NCBI RefSeq assembly: GCF_011386835.1
Contig: NC_088798.1
Span: 109,430,001 to 109,494,000, forward strand
Length of the DNA: 64,000 bases
Direction of reading: 5' to 3'
Source of the DNA: Chrysemys picta bellii
Taxonomy: Eukaryota
Position 1 is the first letter of the stretch. Every line of letters begins with the position of its first letter. A model generated the notes under the pieces. The model was given only the letters and a program-made list of their open reading frames with translations. It ran no database searches and was not told where the DNA came from. Shown in pieces: positions 1 to 11,286 of the stretch. A program made the translations under genes and the position numbers.

Positions 1-172
1 AGCTCCCGGCCTCCGGGCCGCCTCCCGGCCTGCCCCAGCGCCCCCCCGGGCCACTCCCGGTACCGGGCCTCTCCCCTCCCAGCGACGCCTGCCCAGCCCG
101 GAACGCCCCCCCCCGGGCCTGTCACGCCCCCGCCCCCACAGCTCCCGGCCCGGGCCTCCCCCGCCCCCGTAC

Positions 173-420
173 CTGGGCTCTCTCGCCCGGCGCTACCAGG
201 CCGGCCGGGGCCGCGGGCCGGACGGCGGCAGGAGGCGAAGGCCGCCCGCGGCGGGGCGTGGGGCAGGGCGGCTCGCAGGCTCCATGGCGCGGGCCCGGCC
301 GAGTCTCCCCCTCAGCCCCCGCTGAGCGACCGCGATGGGGTGGGGGAGGGGCTGGGCGGAGTATATGTAGGGCTACGGTCCCGCGAGACTTCGGTGTCGC
401 AGAGTGGAAGATGGCGGCGG
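173..420 (-). other. Probable non-coding first exon of a minus-strand gene leaving the window (KIAA1191 by synteny only)
   Basis: Minus-strand donor CAG|GTACGG at 173/172 inside the CpG island; promoter motifs at 408-455. Identity rests on human order KIAA1191-ARL10-NOP16; no coding sequence seen; 5' boundary is a guess. Confidence 0.4.
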
Positions 421-455
421 CGGGCCGCCGCGAGGCAGGCTGGGGATTGTAGTTC
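408..455. promoter_or_regulatory. YY1 motif plus ZNF143/THAP11 (ACTACA-type) motif
   Basis: AAGATGGCGGC at 408-418; TGGGGATTGTAGTTC at 441-455 (reverse complement GAACTACAATCCCCA). Confidence 0.6.
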
Positions 456-1598
456 TCGGCCCGGTGGGGCCCGCGGCCCGGAGCGCTCAGCGGGAGCAGA
501 CTCCCCTCGCTCCCAGGCTCGGGGCCCGCAGAACTAGCCCCGCAGCCCCTTAACGGTCACGCGGGGGGCTCGGTCCAGGGACTCTGGGGGGCTGCAGCCT
601 GGCTACGCTTCCCCAGGGTTCCCCGGGAACGTGTTTAGGGGCTGCCAGCCTCCGAGCGCGGGGGCGGGAGAGCCGTCGGGTCTCCCCCCAGGCCCCGCTG
701 TCTGGGCACGCGGGAGCAGCCCACGCGTGACACAGCACTGGCCAGACCTGGGCTCCATCTCGCCCACCACCCTGGCGCCGACAGCGGCCAGCAAACGCTG
801 CCGAAGAAGCGGCCGCAGCGCGGGCAGGAAGCAGCGATGCTCCGGTCCCGGGAAGGGACGTTCCGGTCCGAGCCGGTCCGCGCGTGGCTGGCTCGCAGGC
901 GGTGCGAGGGGCAGAGCGAACGCGGCTGTCCGGGCTGCCGGGATCCCCGCGGGTCCCATCCGAAGTGCCCGGACCCTGCTCCACTGGCCGCCCTCCCCGC
1001 TGCGGGACTGGAGCGGGTGTCCCACAGTACGCCAGCCAGGTGCGGCAGCAGCGGCCACGGGCCGAGACGGGTGGGCCCCTACGTGGCATGAGCAGGGCAA
1101 AGTGCACCGAAGGGGGAGCTGAGAAACACGGCCCGAGTAGTAGTGCCCCACCCACAGCCGCCGCCAGCACGCGTGGGGGCTTTGGAGGGTTCTTGCAGAA
1201 CCCCTGCTAAGTCCCGTGTTTAGCCCACACGGGCAGCCAAGGTTCGTGGGCGGCCCTGACCCTCCCTTTGTAGCCGCGGCACCTCAAAGCACAGCGAGCA
1301 TCTCCCGCGTGGGCAAGCCCCGCGCGCTCACATCCACTTGCGGCCGGCCGGCGGCCCAGCCCACGGGAGCCACCCCGCCTGGCCTGTGAACAGCAACAGG
1401 AAGAGGAACCACCTCGCTCGCCGCCACTCGCCCGCCTGCCTGCCTGCCTCCCTCCTCCCCACGCGCGACGGGAGCAGAGCGGCGCGGCCCCTTTAAGAGC
1501 CTGGCTGGCGGCCCGGCCCAGCCACGTGCAGCGGGGGGTCAGGCGCCCCGGCCGGCGGGGGCTCGAGCCCTGCGGGCGGCAGGCTCCGCCGGGCTCCC

Positions 1599-1751
1599 AT
1601 GGCTCCTCCCGGCGCCTTCGGACACCTGAGCCTGGCGCTGGGCGCCGCCGTGGCCGCCCTGGGCTCGCTCCTCTTCATCGCCTGGAGAACCTACTTCCCC
1701 GGCGGCGGCCGCTGGGGGGCGCGCTGGGAGCCGCCGCTGGCCGCGGGACAG
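1599..1751 (+). CDS. ARL10: ADP-ribosylation factor-like GTPase 10, exon 1 (N-terminal transmembrane anchor)
   Basis: MAPPGAFGHLSLALGAAVAALGSLLFIAWRTYF resembles the ARL10 N-terminus; donor CAG|GTAAAG, phase 0. Model: 1599-1751, 2956(or 2905)-3124, 3558-3733, 4553-4729. Confidence 0.9.
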
Positions 1752-2955
1752 GTAAAGCGGGGGGGGGGGGGTGTCTCTGGGACCCGGGCCCGGGCCGCGC
1801 ACGTGACTGGAGGACCCCCCCCCCCAATTTCCCTGCCAGCAGCAGCGGCAGGGCGCCAGCTCTCTGCTCCGGGACAGGGGCTCCGCGGGTGCAAAGCCGT
1901 GCGCCCCATTGCCAGGGCTGGGGGCACCTCCCTTCTTGCCCAGCTGTGGCTGGGATCGGTCAGTGGCTGCGCCCCCCAAACCCGCTTCTTTGCAGCACTG
2001 GGTGAGGGGGCCCCCGCACCCAGCCCTGTCTGCATCCCACAGAGCCCACACTAGGCGTTTTAGCGCTGGGGCAAGCAAGCATATTTCTGCCCCTGCCGGT
2101 CGTTTCCCTCATTTTTCCTCCCAGAGGTGACGGGGGTGTCATGTGCCCCCCCCCGATTTTTTGTATTGCACCCCCAACCCGGACAGGCTGGGTGGCCAGC
2201 TAAGGTGAGTCAGGGAGTGGATGTGGTGACCTCCCTCGAGCCCCACCCTGCCAGGCTTTACACATCACCTGTTTCCACCCGGTTTTCCCGCCCTGTCTCT
2301 GGCTTGCACCCTGGGTGCCCGCCCTGCTTCCCCCCACGCTGGCATTTTGGTCCTGGCATTCAAAGGGTTAACTGCAGAGCAGCCTGGGATACCTACTCCG
2401 CTGGCGAGCTGTGGCTGCTTCCTGGATGTGGCTATGTCCTGGCATCAGCTCCCTCCCCCCCCCCCGCCTGCCCCACTGCAGAAACTCCCCTCCGCCCCTC
2501 CAGTTACAGAAATGGCATAGAGCCCCCAGGTTGTGCCAGGCCAGGGCGAGCCCATAGGGCACATACTGGGGCAGGGAGAGGAGGGCACCTGAGCTGGAGA
2601 CTGCAGGTTGAAGTTGTGGGGTAAACCCCCTCGCTATCCACCTCGTCAGTGAGGGACCTTTACTAGACCCCTGCTTAGCCACCCCCTGCCATAACCCGTG
2701 GACCCCAGGGGTTACAGTGTGCAGGGCTCCAAGCTGCCAGTGGGTGGCACCGGGCCCTGCACGGGGCGGGGGGGCTGATGTTGGATTGTGGTTCTTGCAG
2801 GGGACATGGGGCACCATGGGGCCACTTCCTTTGCTTGTGCTTGGCCCAGGCCTGGGCAGCACCTCTTTCAGTTACCTGGGAGAACGCCGCCCTTCCCTTT
2901 CCAGGGCCCTGCATCAGCCGCTCCTCCTAATTCCAGTCCCTTGCTCTCCTGGCAG

Positions 2956-3124
2956 CTGGATTTCTCCATGCGGCAGGTCCTGGTGCTGGGCCTGGAGGGA
3001 GCTGGGAAGAGCAGCGTTCTCCACTACATCTCCAGCGAGGCAGCCAAGGACCGCACAGCTCCCACCCAGGGCTTCAACTCAGTCCAAGTGTATGCAGACG
3101 GTTTCCAGATCGACCTGCTGGAAC
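2956..3124 (+). CDS. ARL10: ARL10 exon 2 (G1 GLEGAGKS, G2 PTQGFN)
   Basis: LDFSMRQVLVLGLEGAGKS...GFQIDLLE; acceptor TCTCCTGGCAG (in-frame alternative at 2904/2905); donor C|GTAAGT, phase 1. Confidence 0.88.
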
Positions 3125-3557
3125 GTAAGTCTGGCCCTGGGCTCCTTTGGCGGGGTGGGGGTGACCTCTTGCCAGAGCAAGGAGCTTTTAAACATGTCCA
3201 CAGGGCTGGCCCACCTGGAGAATCCCAGCACTTGGAGCCACCTGCCCGGGAATGACCTTCAACTCCCTGTTTGTCTCGGTCACCAGCTGCTAGAGCACCT
3301 GCGTAGGTCAGGGCCTCTCAGTCTGGCTAGAGATGCCTAGGCCCCTGCGCACTGCTTCTCCCCCACGGCAGGAGGGAGTTTTGTCTCCTTCCTGATGCCA
3401 CCAGGAAACACGTTTAACAAAGCACCCCCCCACCCCGTTTCCCATGTCTTCTCCCCGGTTTAAGCCTGGGGTGCAGGGCCCCCGAAATGCTCCCCTGACC
3501 CCTCCACCCCCCATTCCTGGGCTGGCCGCGTAGCTGACGTCTGGCTCTTTGTCTCAG

Positions 3558-3733
3558 TTGGCGGCAGCCAGAACCTGCGGTTTTACTGGAACCAGTACCT
3601 GAGTCAGGCCCACGTGCTGGTGTTCGTAGTGGACGCTGCAGACAGGCCGCGCCTCCCCGCAGCGCGACAGGAGCTGCAGTGGCTGCTGGCTGAGGACCCT
3701 CGCTTGCCCTTGGTCGTCCTGGCCAATAAACAG
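3558..3733 (+). CDS. ARL10: ARL10 exon 3 (G3-like LGGSQ, G4 NKQ)
   Basis: [30 protein letters not shown]...VVLANKQ; acceptor TTTGTCTCAG, donor CAG|GTCAGA. Confidence 0.93.
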
Positions 3734-4552
3734 GTCAGACTCGCAGCATCTCGTCCCGCTGGGAACTGGTACGGCTCTGGCTGGCCCGGGACAAGGCAGT
3801 TGTAGCAAAGGATTTTCAGACCCCTGAGGCAGGGCTGCTTGGGCCCAAAAGGGGACAGGTGAAGTCCAAGAACTAAGGACCCTCACAAACCTCCCCACCG
3901 CTGCTCAGACGGCGCTCCAGTACTGCGGTATAAGAACCACCGTAGACTAGAAAGTGAAAGGCATCGTTCTTTGGCCTCGCCTTTGCTAATGTGTGTGTAC
4001 ACACAATACATCTAGAAAAGCCTCAACAACCCCTTCTCCTGCACATACTTCTGCCCCCGGGAGAGGAGGAGAGAAGCCCAGGACAGAGGAAATCCCAGTG
4101 CTCAGCGTGGTATAAGAACCTGTAGAGAACAGAATTTAGTTCAAGCAGAGAACTCAGACCTCCAGCTTTCTAGCTGGCACCAGTTTGTTGTTCTTCCCCT
4201 GGAAACCACAATTTATATAAATGACCTCAATGCAACAGGGGGGCTGAGGCTCACCTAATCTGCAGTCCTCTGGCCCAAGCAGCACCCTGAGCGTCACAGT
4301 CCGGCTCGCCCTACGCTGCAGGGATCCCTTCTAGTTCTTGGGTTCTGAAGCTAGGCCCAAGTGCAAACCCATCGCTTTCTGGGGCCACCTTTCCCACTAC
4401 GAACGGGCGTCAGCCCCGGCAGCTCCATCCATGCAAGGCCCTGCCTAGCCCGAGCCAGGGTGCCTGCTGCGTAACCCTGTCGGAAGGGGCGCTGCATGGG
4501 TTAAAGAGGTGGGTGACACCATTCAAACCCAGCTGGTCCTGGTTTCTCCTAG

Positions 4553-4729
4553 GACAAGAGCGATGCCCTGAGCGCGGCTGAGCTGCACCGGGAGCTGGCC
4601 CTGCACACGCTGAACGAACAGAGGGAGTGCTTCCTGCTGCCTACGAGTGCCACGCACGCCGCGCTAGCCACTGCCACCAGCATCCGGCACGTGAAGAGTC
4701 TGCTGGTGGAACTGCTCTCCCAGCTCTGA
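4553..4729 (+). CDS. ARL10: ARL10 exon 4 (terminal)
   Basis: Acceptor TTTCTCCTAG; DKSDALSAAELHRELAL...VKSLLVELLSQL then TGA 4727-4729. Confidence 0.92.
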   Translation, partial: DKSDALSAAELHRELALHTLNEQRECFLLPTSATHAALATATSIRHVKSLLVELLSQL

Positions 4730-5555
4730 CGTGCTCTTCACACCCTAGGGACAGGCAGGTTGGACTGACCCTGCTGCTGCTCGTGTTTGCCTGGACTGGA
4801 GACTGCTGGCTCTGCACTGACGGGCCAGAGCCGCTCTACTCCCATGCACTCCTTTGGGGCCTATGCAAGCTGCCCGCAGCTGGCCGGCCCAGTCATGGAT
4901 CTGTGGCGAGAGGGGAGAAAAGCCTTTGTCCCCTGGCAGCTCAAGGGCAGAGTCTCCCATCTCTAGATGGGGCACGGTGATGTTTACACACAATATCCCA
5001 AACCCCGCGCAGCAGGGGCGGATGGGCACCATTCAGCCTGGTGCACGCGGCACAAAAGGGGCCCCGCAGTGCCACAGCCCGTAAAGGCCCTGCTGTTTTG
5101 CAGCCCAGTTAGACGGTTGTGCCCCAGGTAAATGACATTTAAATTGACAACTCTAAATGAAGGATGTGCAGGCAGGCCTGGTGGGTGCTTCCTGGCCCAG
5201 GGAGGGCGGGCCATGGGGCAGAGGAGGGGCCGTAGGAGCTTCTGCAACGAGGCTCTTCTCTGGCAGGCAGCAATTGTCTTTCCATGGTGTGAAGGGAGCA
5301 GAATCCCCCCTGCGGCCAGGGCTGCTGCAGGGGGCAGGTGCCTGACAGACAGAGCCACTGGTGCCAGTCCAGCCTCCAAGCAAAAGGCTGCAGTTGGTGC
5401 AGTTACTTCCCTGCACTCACACACGCACCCCCGCCGTGAGGAAAGGCAGTCGCGGCACCTACCGGCCTGGAGCAAAGCTCCACTGGGAGAGTAAATCACC
5501 CCCAGATCAGTGGCTGAAACAGGGTGGGGCAGGGGTTGAGGGGAAGGGGTTGAGG

Positions 5556-6128
5556 GCCAGCAGATCGAGGGATATGATCGTTCCCCTTTATTCGACATTG
5601 GTGAGGCCTCATCTGGAATACTGTGTCCAGTTTTGGGCCCCACACTACAAGAAGGATGTGGAAAAATTGGAAAGAGTCCAGGGGAGGGCAACAAAAATTA
5701 TTAGGGGTCTGGAGCACATGATTTATGAGGAGAGGCTGAGGGAACTGGGATTGTTTAGTCTCCAGAAGAGAAGAATGAGGGGGGATTTGATAGCAGCCTT
5801 CAACTACCTGAAGGGGGGTTCCAAAGAGGATGGAGCTTGGCTGTTCTCAGTGGTGGCAGATGACAGAACAAGGAGCAATGGTCTCAAGTTGCAGTGGGGG
5901 AGGTCCAGGTTGGATATCAGGAAAAACTATTTCACTAGGAGGGTGGTGAAGCACTGGAATGTGTTACCTAGAGAGGTGGTGGAGTCTCCTACCTTGGAGG
6001 TTTTTAAGGCCCGGCTTGACAAAGCCCTGGCTGGGATGATTTAGCTGGGAATTGGTCCTGCTTTGAGCAGGGGGTTGGACTAGATGACCTCTTGAGGTCC
6101 CTTCCAACACTGATATTCTATGATTCTA
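5556..6128 (+). mobile_element. CR1 LINE, 5'-truncated 3' end
   Basis: Open ORF2 C-terminus ([20 protein letters not shown]...LDKALAGMI, stop 6044) followed by the CR1 tail ATTCTATGATTCT. Confidence 0.95.
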
Positions 6129-7253
6129 AGGGGGAGGTGCCTTGCTGGGAGACAAGGGAGGGGCAGGCACCTGCTGTTACACAGGAGGGGTGCGTCTGCC
6201 CGTTCCTGTCTCCAGTTGCGTAAGGGCCAGGTGCTTCCCTGGCTTGTAATCCCAGCCTGCGTGTGGAAGAGCCAGGGGTAGGGTGGTCGGCCTGCCCCAC
6301 GCTCCACAGCAGATGGGTGTAGAAGGGGAGAGAGGCGGTTTCTGGAGCTGGTTGGATGCTCCTTGGGGAGTGACTCTTCCCCAAGCTGAGCGGTACCCCG
6401 ATTCCTTCCCCTCGCCCTGCGTTAAGAGGCAGGACGGGGGCGGAGGAGCCACTGGTGCAGCGCTACTTTACTGCATTCAGGCCGTTTGCTGCTGCCAGCC
6501 CCGGGGCTGGAACTGCAGAAGGGCACAGGCAGAGGGATCTGGTGCGGGGCGGAGTGAGCAGAGCCCGGGGTCAGTAGCCCCGAGGCGGCGAGGGGCTGAC
6601 ACCCTCCTTGCTGTACCACTGAAGAGCCCCTGGAGGGACAGGGGTTCTCTCGGGCCAGTGACAGTCAGCCTGAGACACAGGAGCAGCGAGTGGCTCTTTG
6701 CAGCACCTGACGTCAGGATTAACCAATCAGGATGCTTTTACTAGATTAACCACTTGCAGCTGATAAAATACTTGGTCAGTCGTTTTGCTGTGAGAATAAC
6801 CTATAAAAACGAAATCTCTCCCTGTCAGACTGTTTAAATACGACGAGTACGATAGTAAACGGAACGATGAATTCACACGACTGTGGCTTTTGGGGTACCG
6901 CTGATCGCTAATCTGGCTCCTGACCCCCGGAGGCCCGAGTATCACTCTGTAGAGATAAGGGCAAGTGTGCGTCCCGGCAGGTGAACGTGTAGCGCTGGGG
7001 AAAGGCAGCACCCTCCCACTCCCAGGGCTGCTGTTCCGAAGCAGAGAGCAGCAAAGCCCTGTGGACTCCTGCGTGGGGACTGTGAACAATCCCGCCCCAT
7101 GGCTGCACCGGGCAGGGGGCCACAGCACCACCCGTGAAGAACCAGAGCAGTTCCCAGAATGACGACTTCCTTGGGTCAGCGCCGGGGCCACCCCGACTCC
7201 ACACAGTGCAGGCAGGAGCTGGAGCCAGCTGCACTCGGGTGTATTCACGCTGG

Positions 7254-7259
7254 TTTATT
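7254..7259 (-). terminator. Probable NOP16 polyadenylation signal
   Basis: AATAAA on the minus strand about 260 nt after the NOP16 stop. Confidence 0.65.
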
Positions 7260-7519
7260 GTAACTCGGAGCTGCAGGACACAAGAGACGGTCTCTTCCCT
7301 TCGCCCCCACTAGGGTGAGGCAGCAGCTGACTCCCCAGCAGCCGTACGGAGGGGCCCGTTCTAGCGCACGCTCGTTCCCACCTTCTAGTTCAGCGAGCCC
7401 CAGCCTGCGAAGGGTGAAATGGCACCAGCAGGCAGAGACAATCTTCCCTGGGTTGCCTGGGGAGTGGCAGCACAGGACCTGCAGCTGCGGGTGGGTCCAA
7501 CAGGGCAGGGTGGGAGCAG

Positions 7520-7663
7520 TCACTGCTGGTCCATCTTGACCTGCTGCAGGGATGCAGTGAAAGCCTGGAACTCCTCCGGGTAGAAGCGCTTATACACACT
7601 GATCTTCCTCTTGATCTGCTTGGGCGTGTCCTGGTAGTAGTTCTTCTCATCGCGAGCCATGTC
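7520..7663 (-). CDS. NOP16: Nucleolar protein 16, exon 5 (terminal)
   Basis: DMARDEKNYYQDTPKQIKRKISVYKRFYPEEF...MDQQ stop; acceptor CCCCCAG. Confidence 0.95.
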   Translation of the reverse strand, partial: DMARDEKNYYQDTPKQIKRKISVYKRFYPEEFQAFTASLQQVKMDQQ

Positions 7664-8109
7664 CTGGGGGTGGGGAGAGGGGACAGTCAGGGAAGCTGCC
7701 TCGTGGGGGCTGGATGGAGCAGACATCCAGGAGACCCCCACAGCCCAAGAACAAGCACCTCCACGGCCGGCTGCACGCAGCACAGGGGTGGCACCTCGAG
7801 CCGCCCACCCGACTCCACTCACAGGCAGGTGTGGTTAGAGATTGGGTGAAGTTTCATGCAGCCCAAAGGTGACTCAGATGCAAACCAGGAGATTCAAAGA
7901 GCCGCTTCCCTGACAGAGCCACCAGACTGGGATGCAGGCTCCAGGGCACAGAACACCTCTGGCTGCTTCTCGCCGCCCCGCCCCCCCAATGGCTAAGAAG
8001 TTGCCGTGATGGGGTTGCCCTGTCGCTCTCCCACTGGCCACAAGCACTGAGGCAGAGGCTCCCAGACACCTCCTCCAACCCTCCCCCCGCAAAGGCAGGG
8101 ACCACCCAC

Positions 8110-8216
8110 CTTGTAGTTCTCGCCATGGTTCCGTACCATGTACTGCACATAATCGATAAGGTCTCTGGAGAGCGTCTCCGACTTCTTCTCCGGGAGGCTG
8201 GCCTCATACTCCAGCT
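8110..8216 (-). CDS. NOP16: NOP16 exon 4
   Basis: LEYEASLPEKKSETLSRDLIDYVQYMVRNHGENYK; TAG acceptor, AAG|GTGGGT donor; phases fit. Confidence 0.95.
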
Positions 8217-9459
8217 CTAGGCACCGCAAGCAGAGACACAGTGACGCAGGCAGACAAGAGACAGAACCATGCAGTGTTTCTAAGGAGCCCTGACCTGGTA
8301 TCTGTGGAAATGAGACTGAGCCATCGTCACTGGCAGTGGCTAGTCTATCTCGGGGACATGTCCCGCATTAATGGCCACTCCCCGTTCGTGGCGGCAGAGA
8401 CACCAACACCTAGTAACCCGGGGCACTGCAGCTCAGTGGCTTAGAGCAGACAACACGCGTTCGAAGTTCCCAGACTCAAGGCCGCCTACCGCATGTGATG
8501 TGTGTCTGCCTCATCGGCTCAGTGGCCAGCTCCAGTGCTCAGATCTGAGAGCAGGCAGGAGGGTTGGCATGAAGAGAGATGCCCTGGCTGGGGGAGCAGA
8601 GATCGAGCGATTAAATCCCAAGCCAGGGACAGAAGCTGGCAGGGCCTTTGATGCTTTTGCCAGAGCAGATGCTTTGAGGGCTTCGGCTGGTGACGTTCAG
8701 GGGCGAATGACTCCGAAACCCAGCTGGGCCAAGGTCCAGCTCACACATCACTATGGGACAGTCTCCCTAACAGCCTGTATTATACTAAGCACAACTGTCA
8801 TCTCCCACCTCACAGCCACACGCTACTACGTCTCCGAGGGCTCAGACGGGAGGAGCTGCCGCTGCAGGATGCTCCTGGGGGCTTGTAGTCCTGCTACAGA
8901 AACCAGCTTTCACCCACCCCCTTTTTGATATGACCACAAGCCAACAGGCTTTGCCTCTTTGTTTCCTTGTTGCAAAGAGCACCAGAGATGAGTGGGTCTC
9001 GGAGAATGATCAGAGCTCTCCCTGGTGAGAAGAGCCAAGGCAAGGCCCAGAGGAGTGGGGAGGGGAATCCATCAGCCGGATCCTCCCCTAGGGCACAGGG
9101 CAGAGCACATGAACCAGTGGTAGCTCTGCTCTAGGAACAGGGGTTGTTGGCTACTTGAGCTCCCTCTGCTGGCTGCCCCCACAAGAGAGCTCTAAAGCCA
9201 TTTCTGACATCGGTGGCAAAGCAACGGCTCCATAAGAACACATGCCAGAGTCGTGGCACAGCAGGGATCCGTAATCCTCGGCTGAAGGGTGCCTACTGAC
9301 CCAAGCTTTGCCCAATTGAGGGCAAGTTACCAGCCCACCCAGGAGCCTGAGAGCTGCACCTCGTTCGCAGGAAACGAGCACAGTGGGAACTGCAGTGCCC
9401 AGAGGCTGCCGCGGCCAGCAAAGCGAGCGCTCGTCGAACCAGAGGAAGGTGGTACCAAC

Positions 9460-9529
9460 CGTCCAGGACGTAAGGCTTCTGCACGACTCTCTTCCCTTTG
9501 TCTTGGCCATCAACCTCCATGTCCATCAC
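9460..9529 (-). CDS. NOP16: NOP16 exon 3
   Basis: VMDMEVDGQDKGKRVVQKPYVLD, 70 nt, phase 0 to 1. Confidence 0.92.
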
Positions 9530-10290
9530 CTGCATTGAATGGGAGACGAGACCGCTCAAGAAAACTCCATTCACCTGGGGCTCATGCATCCAGACATGGC
9601 CTTGGTGGCTGTTCCTTCCCCAGCCAGCCATTGCACCACTGACCGGCTTAAACACATTTCCTAGTCCATGTAACTACGACCACCTCGGCGTTTGAAAAGC
9701 CTCATTTACCCTTCACTTCTTATGCCGTTTGGCTGGCCTAGAGTCACTGCCCAAGTTGAGGAAATGCCTATGTGAACATAGATGCTTTCAGGTTTTTGAT
9801 CACAAGCCCTGTGACAATATTTGCTAGGGCCAAGTTTGGCCTGACAGCATCTGCTTTAACAAAGAGGAGGACTGATCCCTGCTTTCTGCCCCTCTGAGCC
9901 AAGTGAAGCGTCTCCAGGCTAACCCCACTGCCCCTCGCTAACGAATCCCCAAGGAAAAGAGACAGCAGCTCCTTGCACATGCGCGTAAGCTCTCCCTGCA
10001 TTGCCACCCCCACCCTCCACACACACACTCACTAGAGAAAGAATCAAGATGGCAGACCCCACTGAGTCCACACACCAGGGACCAAGGCAGGGCAGATTTT
10101 CTAGTACCTTGTCCAGTCTAGTTAGGGGTCTCCTATTGTGACTGGGCATCCACCAGTGCCCTTGGAGAATTGTCACCCATCCAAGTGGGGGAGTGTTGCC
10201 AGATAACCCAGCTGATGTTTTCCCTTATGTTCATTTCCACTCCTTGGGCCCCCTCTTGATCCATGGGGTTTAGCCTCTTGGGAGAAGTGT

Positions 10291-10482
10291 AAAAAGCAAC
10301 AGAGAGTCCTATGGCACCTTTAAGACTAACAGATGTATTGGAGCGTAAGTTTTCGTGGGTGAATGCCCACTTTGTCAGACCCACGAAAGCTTATGCTCCA
10401 ATACGTCTGTTAGTCTATAAGGTGCCATAGGACTCTCTGTTGCTTTTTACAGATCCAGACTAACACGGCTACCCCTCTGATA
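10291..10482 (+). mobile_element. Penelope-derived fold-back mini-element in NOP16 intron 2
   Basis: Long inverted repeat of the Penelope 3' terminus around a degenerate hammerhead; 14-bp TSD CTTGGGAGAAGTGT at 10277-10290 and 10483-10496. Confidence 0.88.
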
Positions 10483-10518
10483 CTTGGGAGAAGTGTGTTT
10501 CTCTTATGCTGTACTTAC

Positions 10519-10633
10519 CCGTAGCTGCCTTTTCCGGATGGGAATCGCCTTGTTGGGGTCTGCAGCCAGCCCCATTTCAGCCAGGTTCTGAGACACGGAT
10601 TTGGTTCTGTCCCACGCATGTCTGATGTGGGAG
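10519..10633 (-). CDS. NOP16: NOP16 exon 2
   Basis: SHIRHAWDRTKSVSQNLAEMGLAADPNKAIPIRKRQLR; donor CGG|GTAAGT. Confidence 0.95.
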
Positions 10634-10974
10634 CTGGCCAGAGACAAAAGTGGGAGGAAAGTGGCTATTTCACACCCATCACCACATCAATCAATGGCCC
10701 ATCCATGCAGCAAGAGCCCTGTTCCCACTACCTGTGTCTGGCCAGAGGAACCTCAGGAAACCCCACACTTCCACCCCTTCTGGGGCCAGGGCAGACACTC
10801 CCAGGAGCAGGGTCTTTAATTCTCATGCAGTACCGGTGACCCCTTTATGGGGTGGCTCGCACCCTAGTGGGGGGGGGGGGGCTGTCCCGAGGGGCGCAGC
10901 CTCCCCCCGACCCACTACACGGCCTAACCACCAATGGAGTCCAGAATACTGCCCACTCTTCCCCACGGCAGGGA

Positions 10975-11280
10975 CCCACCCTCTCCCCTCGGTCCAGATC
11001 CCACCGCTCCCCCCCAGTCCCTCCTCCTCTCCGGCCCGCTCCCCCCTCCCAGCGTTTCCTTCCTCTTCCCCCAGCCCCTCCCCTCGGTCCAGATCCCCCC
11101 CGCTCCCCCCCAGTCCCACCTCCTCTCCGGCCCACTCCCCCTCCCCGACCCCCTCCTCCCAGCCCCTCCTCTCCCCCCACTTCGGCCGGGCCCGCTCCCC
11201 CCTCCCAGCCCCTCCCCTCGGTCCAGATCCCCCCGCTCCCCCCCAGCCCTTCCTCTCCCCGGCCCGGCCCGGCCCGGCCC
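10975..11280. repeat. C-rich degenerate tandem repeat in NOP16 intron 1
   Basis: Three copies of CCCCTCGGTCCAGATCCC in C-tracts; G-rich on the transcribed strand. Confidence 0.7.
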
Positions 11281-11286
11281 ACTCAC

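Larger units (their letters stand above)
1..1900. promoter_or_regulatory. CpG island / divergent promoter region of ARL10 and an upstream minus-strand gene
   Basis: Very GC- and CpG-rich, many GC boxes, E-box CACGTG 1523-1528, TATA-like CTTTAAGA about 110 bp upstream of the ARL10 ATG. Confidence 0.8.

Noticed and set aside
258-1210. Many 60-200 aa ORFs in the first CpG island
   Set aside because: G/P/R/A-rich products expected from GC-rich stop-poor DNA; no recognisable domain or splice-consistent model.
2111-2204. Longer ARL10 cassette exon from the strong acceptor at 2124 or 2126
   Set aside because: The 2125 start gives 80 nt (frameshift); the 2127 start needs a weak GAG acceptor. The 18-nt version is reported instead.
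3915-4135. Two copies of GGTATAAGAACC in ARL10 intron 3
   Set aside because: Look like short LINE/SINE 3'-end relics; too short and diverged to classify.
6860-6925. C/D snoRNA-like boxes (ACGATGA ... CTGA)
   Set aside because: Imperfect C box, short spacing, no terminal stem, not intronic.
8429-8473. tRNA-like A box (AGCTCAGTGGCTTAGAGC) and GTTCGA
   Set aside because: Only about 11 nt between the boxes, with no anticodon or acceptor stem; at best a decayed SINE head.
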